The notes beneath the pieces were generated by a model. That model made no database searches, was not told the origin of the DNA, and saw nothing but the letters and a program-made list of their open reading frames with translations. This document shows, one piece after another, positions 58,137-64,000 of a DNA stretch of 64,000 nucleotides. Both the position numbers and the translations under genes were made by a program. The DNA comes from Thermodesulfovibrionales bacterium (GTDB lineage: Bacteria; Nitrospirota; Thermodesulfovibrionia; Thermodesulfovibrionales; SM23-35), in assembly GCA_963727725.1 (NCBI GenBank), contig CAVSHJ010000005.1, positions 92,246-156,245 on the forward strand. Direction: 5' to 3'. How positions within the stretch are numbered: the stretch's first letter is position 1; each line of letters opens with the position of its first letter.

Positions 58137-59606
58137 TCAGGATGCGTTGAGAATGACATAAAACTTCTTGCCGCCTCTGTTTACAAAAAGAAGAACCGAC
58201 TCGTTCCTCCTGATATTTGTCGCGATCCTGTTGAAACCTTCCAGGTTGTATATCTCTTTTTTATTTATCTCCTTTATGATATCGCCCTTCTTGATCTCGG
58301 CATCATCCGCCGGACTTCCGGGCTCAACTCTCACAACCACGACCCCTTTCTCATCTTTGTCGAAACCGAGCTGCCTGACAATCTCTCTTGAGAGATCCAT
58401 AACGGTAAGGCCGGTGAGCACCCTCGCTTCCGTGTCATGCGGGAGCCGGTCCGGTTGAACCCCCGCGACTTCTCTCGGCAGTTCCGCAATCGTCACCTTA
58501 ACGGTAAATTCCTTTCCCGACCGCAGTAACCTCAGCATTATTTCACTGCCCGCCCTGCTCTGAGCAACCATATTCCGCAGACTGCTCACATCTCTTATTT
58601 CCTTGCCGTTCAATCCGAGGATTATATCACCCCTCACGATTCCTGCCCTTCCCGCAGGACTATCTTTGACGACATCGCTCACAAGGGCACCCTTCGATCT
58701 TGTAAGCCCGAACTCCTGGGCCAGTTCAGGAGTCAGTTCCTGGATAGAGACCCCGATCCACCCCCTGGTCACTTTTCCATTCCGGATAAGTTGGTCCATG
58801 ACAAGGCGCACCATATTGCTCGGCACGGCAAAACCTATCCCCTGATATCCGCCGGTCCTGGAGAAAATTGCAGTATTTATCCCGATGAGTTCTCCTTTAA
58901 TATTGACAAGGGGACCGCCGGAATTCCCGGGATTTATCGCGGCATCGGTCTGAATAAAGTCTTCGTAGTCGGCAATGCCGACGTTGGCCCTTCCGACCGC
59001 GCTTATAATCCCCATGGTGACGGTATGGCTCAAACCGTAAGGGCTTCCTATGGCAAGCACAAATTCACCCACCTGCAGCCTGTCGGAGTCGCCCCACGCC
59101 AGTGTCGGGAGGTCATTCGCTGCTATCTTTATTATCGCGACGTCCGTCTTAGGGTCGGCACCCACCAAACTCCCTTTTAACGTCCTGTTATCGAGCAAGG
59201 TCACTTTTATTTCATCTGCCTTTTCAACGACATGGTTATTCGTAACTATGTACCCGTCCGGAGAGACGATAACCCCCGAGCCGAGGCTGCGCTCTTTCCA
59301 TTTTTTTGGCATGCCGAATTCATGGAAAGGGCTGAACAGATCAAAAAAAGGCTCTTCAGAGTTAGGTCCCGTATCACTCCTTACGACCTTTGTTGTCGAT
59401 ATATTCACAACAGCCGGTGAAACAGCCCTGACAATCTCGGAGAATGCCTTACCCGATTCCATCAACTGGTGGGGGACATTCGGTGAGGCAAGATACGGCA
59501 TATATCTGTTTTGACCCGTGATCCTGCCGAGGCCGTAGAACGTGAGTCCGCCCAACAGAAAGCCTACAAGTAGAATCCCTATGCCGAGAAATACTTTCTT
59601 CCTCAT
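58137..59606 (-). CDS. htrA: Periplasmic serine endoprotease DegP/HtrA (two PDZ domains)
   Basis: Catalytic triad contexts TNNHVV, DVAIIK and GNSGGPL. Confidence 0.94.
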   Translation of the reverse strand: MRKKVFLGIGILLVGFLLGGLTFYGLGRITGQNRYMPYLASPNVPHQLMESGKAFSEIVRAVSPAVVNISTTKVVRSDTGPNSEEPFFDLFSPFHEFGMPKKWKERSLGSGVIVSPDGYIVTNNHVVEKADEIKVTLLDNRTLKGSLVGADPKTDVAIIKIAANDLPTLAWGDSDRLQVGEFVLAIGSPYGLSHTVTMGIISAVGRANVGIADYEDFIQTDAAINPGNSGGPLVNIKGELIGINTAIFSRTGGYQGIGFAVPSNMVRLVMDQLIRNGKVTRGWIGVSIQELTPELAQEFGLTRSKGALVSDVVKDSPAGRAGIVRGDIILGLNGKEIRDVSSLRNMVAQSRAGSEIMLRLLRSGKEFTVKVTIAELPREVAGVQPDRLPHDTEARVLTGLTVMDLSREIVRQLGFDKDEKGVVVVRVEPGSPADDAEIKKGDIIKEINKKEIYNLEGFNRIATNIRRNESVLLFVNRGGKKFYVILNAS

Positions 59607-59741
59607 ACTAATTCATTATAATAATGAAAATAAGACGTTGTAAAGTGGCTGCCCTTGACCAAAGTCCCTTCATTGTGCTAATTTCCAAAGTCCGGCGAAT
59701 CTTTAGAACAAAAAGAGAGAAAAAGTGTTTCAGGAGGATTT

Positions 59742-60884
59742 TTGATGCTAAAACGTTATCTATTGGCTCCGGGCCCTACTCCCGTACCTTCAGAGGTGAT
59801 GCTCGCAATGGCGGCGCCGATCATACATCATCGCTCGCCTGATTTCCTCCCGGTGCTGGATTCAGCAAAGAAAGGCCTTCAGTGGCTCTATCAGACAAAA
59901 AACGATGTCCTTATCCTCACCTCAACCGGTACAGGCGGAATGGTAGGAGCGGTAAATAATTTTTTTAATAAAGGCGACAGGGTCCTTGTCATAAACGGAG
60001 GCAAGTTCGGCGAAAGATGGACAAAGATATGCCAGGCCTACGGCCTCACGGTAGACGAGATCATAGTCGAATGGGGTTATGCGGTGAAACCTGAAGTCGT
60101 TGAAGAGAGGCTTAAGAAAGACAGGGACATAAAAGGTGTATTTGTCCAGGCCTCCGAAACCTCGACCGGCGTCTATCACGATATAGAAGCCCTTGCGTCG
60201 ATTGTGAGAAGACATGAAGATACATTGTTTATCGTTGACGCCATCAGTGCGCTGGTCGCCCACGACCTGAGGACTGACGAATGGGGCATAGACGTCATGG
60301 TCGGAGGTTCGCAAAAAGGGGTGATGCTTCCGCCGGGTATCGCCTTTGTGAGTGTGAGTGAAAAAGCGTGGGCAAAGGCAGAGGCTTCGAAACTGCCCAG
60401 GTTCTACTTCAATTTCAGGAAAGAACGCGAGAACCTCGCCAGGAACCAGACGAACTTTACTTCTCCTGTTACGCTTATTATAGGGCTCAACGAGAGCCTG
60501 AAGATGCTTCAATCGGAGGGGCTTGAGAATGTCTTCAAAAGACATGCCCTTCTCGCAAATGCGACGAGAAAGGCTGTTCAGGCGATCGGGTTGGAACTTT
60601 ATCCGAAAGAATCGCCCTCAAACGGGGTGACGGCCATTATGACCCCTCCCGGGATAGACGGTCAGGCGGTATATAAGAACCTGCGTGAACAATATGGCAT
60701 CACGGCAGCGGGAGGACAGGACAGGGCGAAAGGCAGGATTTTCAGGATAGCCCATCTGGGTTTTTCAGAAAGATTCGACATCATCACGGCAATTGCAGGG
60801 ATCGAGATGGTCTTAAAAGGAATGGGATATCCGGTAAAGCTGGGCACGGGTGTGGCTGCCGCTCAGGAACTCTTAATGGCCTAA
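59742..60884 (+). CDS. Class V aminotransferase (serine-glyoxylate / phosphoserine aminotransferase type)
   Basis: PGP...GGSQKGVMLPPG PLP-lysine context. Lies upstream of serA. Confidence 0.88.
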   Translation: MMLKRYLLAPGPTPVPSEVMLAMAAPIIHHRSPDFLPVLDSAKKGLQWLYQTKNDVLILTSTGTGGMVGAVNNFFNKGDRVLVINGGKFGERWTKICQAYGLTVDEIIVEWGYAVKPEVVEERLKKDRDIKGVFVQASETSTGVYHDIEALASIVRRHEDTLFIVDAISALVAHDLRTDEWGIDVMVGGSQKGVMLPPGIAFVSVSEKAWAKAEASKLPRFYFNFRKERENLARNQTNFTSPVTLIIGLNESLKMLQSEGLENVFKRHALLANATRKAVQAIGLELYPKESPSNGVTAIMTPPGIDGQAVYKNLREQYGITAAGGQDRAKGRIFRIAHLGFSERFDIITAIAGIEMVLKGMGYPVKLGTGVAAAQELLMA

Positions 60885-60893
60885 GGGGGATAA

Positions 60894-63771
<2,878 letters not shown>

Positions 63772-63772
<1 letters not shown>

Positions 63773-64000
63773 TGAGACAGGCAAGAGGGTATCAACGTCA
63801 CCCGAGGTTTACAAAAAGGCTTGAAGCCACCTTCAGTTCGGGGAGTCTGAGCTACAGGGGGATATTGAGCAACCTTTCCCATAACGGCCTTTTCATAAGG
63901 ACTAACCACGGTTTTGCGCCCGGCAGCACTGTTGATATCGAACTGGTAATGTCTGACAATAGGCTCTGCCGGCTCAAAGGCATAGTAAAAAGAACCATCA
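63772..64000 (+). CDS. PilZ-domain protein (3' end beyond window)
   Basis: My own translation: MRQARGYQRHPRF...ILSNLSHNGLFIRT. It carries RxxxR (RGYQR) and N-x-S-x-x-G (NLSHNG). The frame stays open to the window end, and the ATG overlaps the purA TGA. Confidence 0.55.

Overview
A 64-kb bacterial chromosomal segment, about 48-50 % GC by eye, densely coded on both strands. I cannot assign a lineage from the sequence alone. The sigma54 promoter, selenocysteine genes, HD-GYP module and hairpin-repeat families are what one sees in uncultivated anaerobes.

Most of the window is housekeeping:
- ftsH-folP
- an AttH/FtsX-type ABC cluster
- yajC-secD-secF-recJ-rel
- trxB, parAB, birA-coaX
- a REC-HD-GYP gene plus a 1130-aa hybrid kinase
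- ogt-cutA-nitrilase-nfi
- tldD/pmbA
- the selenocysteine decoding set (tRNA-Sec, selA, selB)
- purF, yacL-ispD-ispF, htrA, serC-like/serA, purA

The non-ordinary content, read directly from the nucleotides:
1. A low-GC islet (about 12.1-14.4 kb) holds a decayed inverted duplicate of the whole csp locus (promoter, leader and CDS). It brackets, and apparently drives, an orphan Cys-rich two-gene cassette.
2. A hairpin-repeat family (GGAT-stem-loop-stem-ATGACGG) has compensatory stem changes. One inverted pair frames a frameshifted GIY-YIG nuclease gene, and three gene-less miniature pairs lie elsewhere.
3. An orphan sigma54 promoter with tandem upstream palindromes feeds a roughly 78-nt terminated transcript, a candidate sRNA.
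4. A free-standing homolog of the archaeal ThrRS editing domain is translationally coupled to folP.
5. Inverted heptamer arrays flank recJ on both sides.
6. The hybrid kinase ends in a pseudo-receiver and a degenerate GGDEF domain that keeps its I-site.
7. Four indel frameshifts fall in three genes. These are either real decay or assembly error.

I found no CRISPR array, rRNA, integrase or transposase. All family assignments rest on motifs I recognise by eye, and no database search was run.
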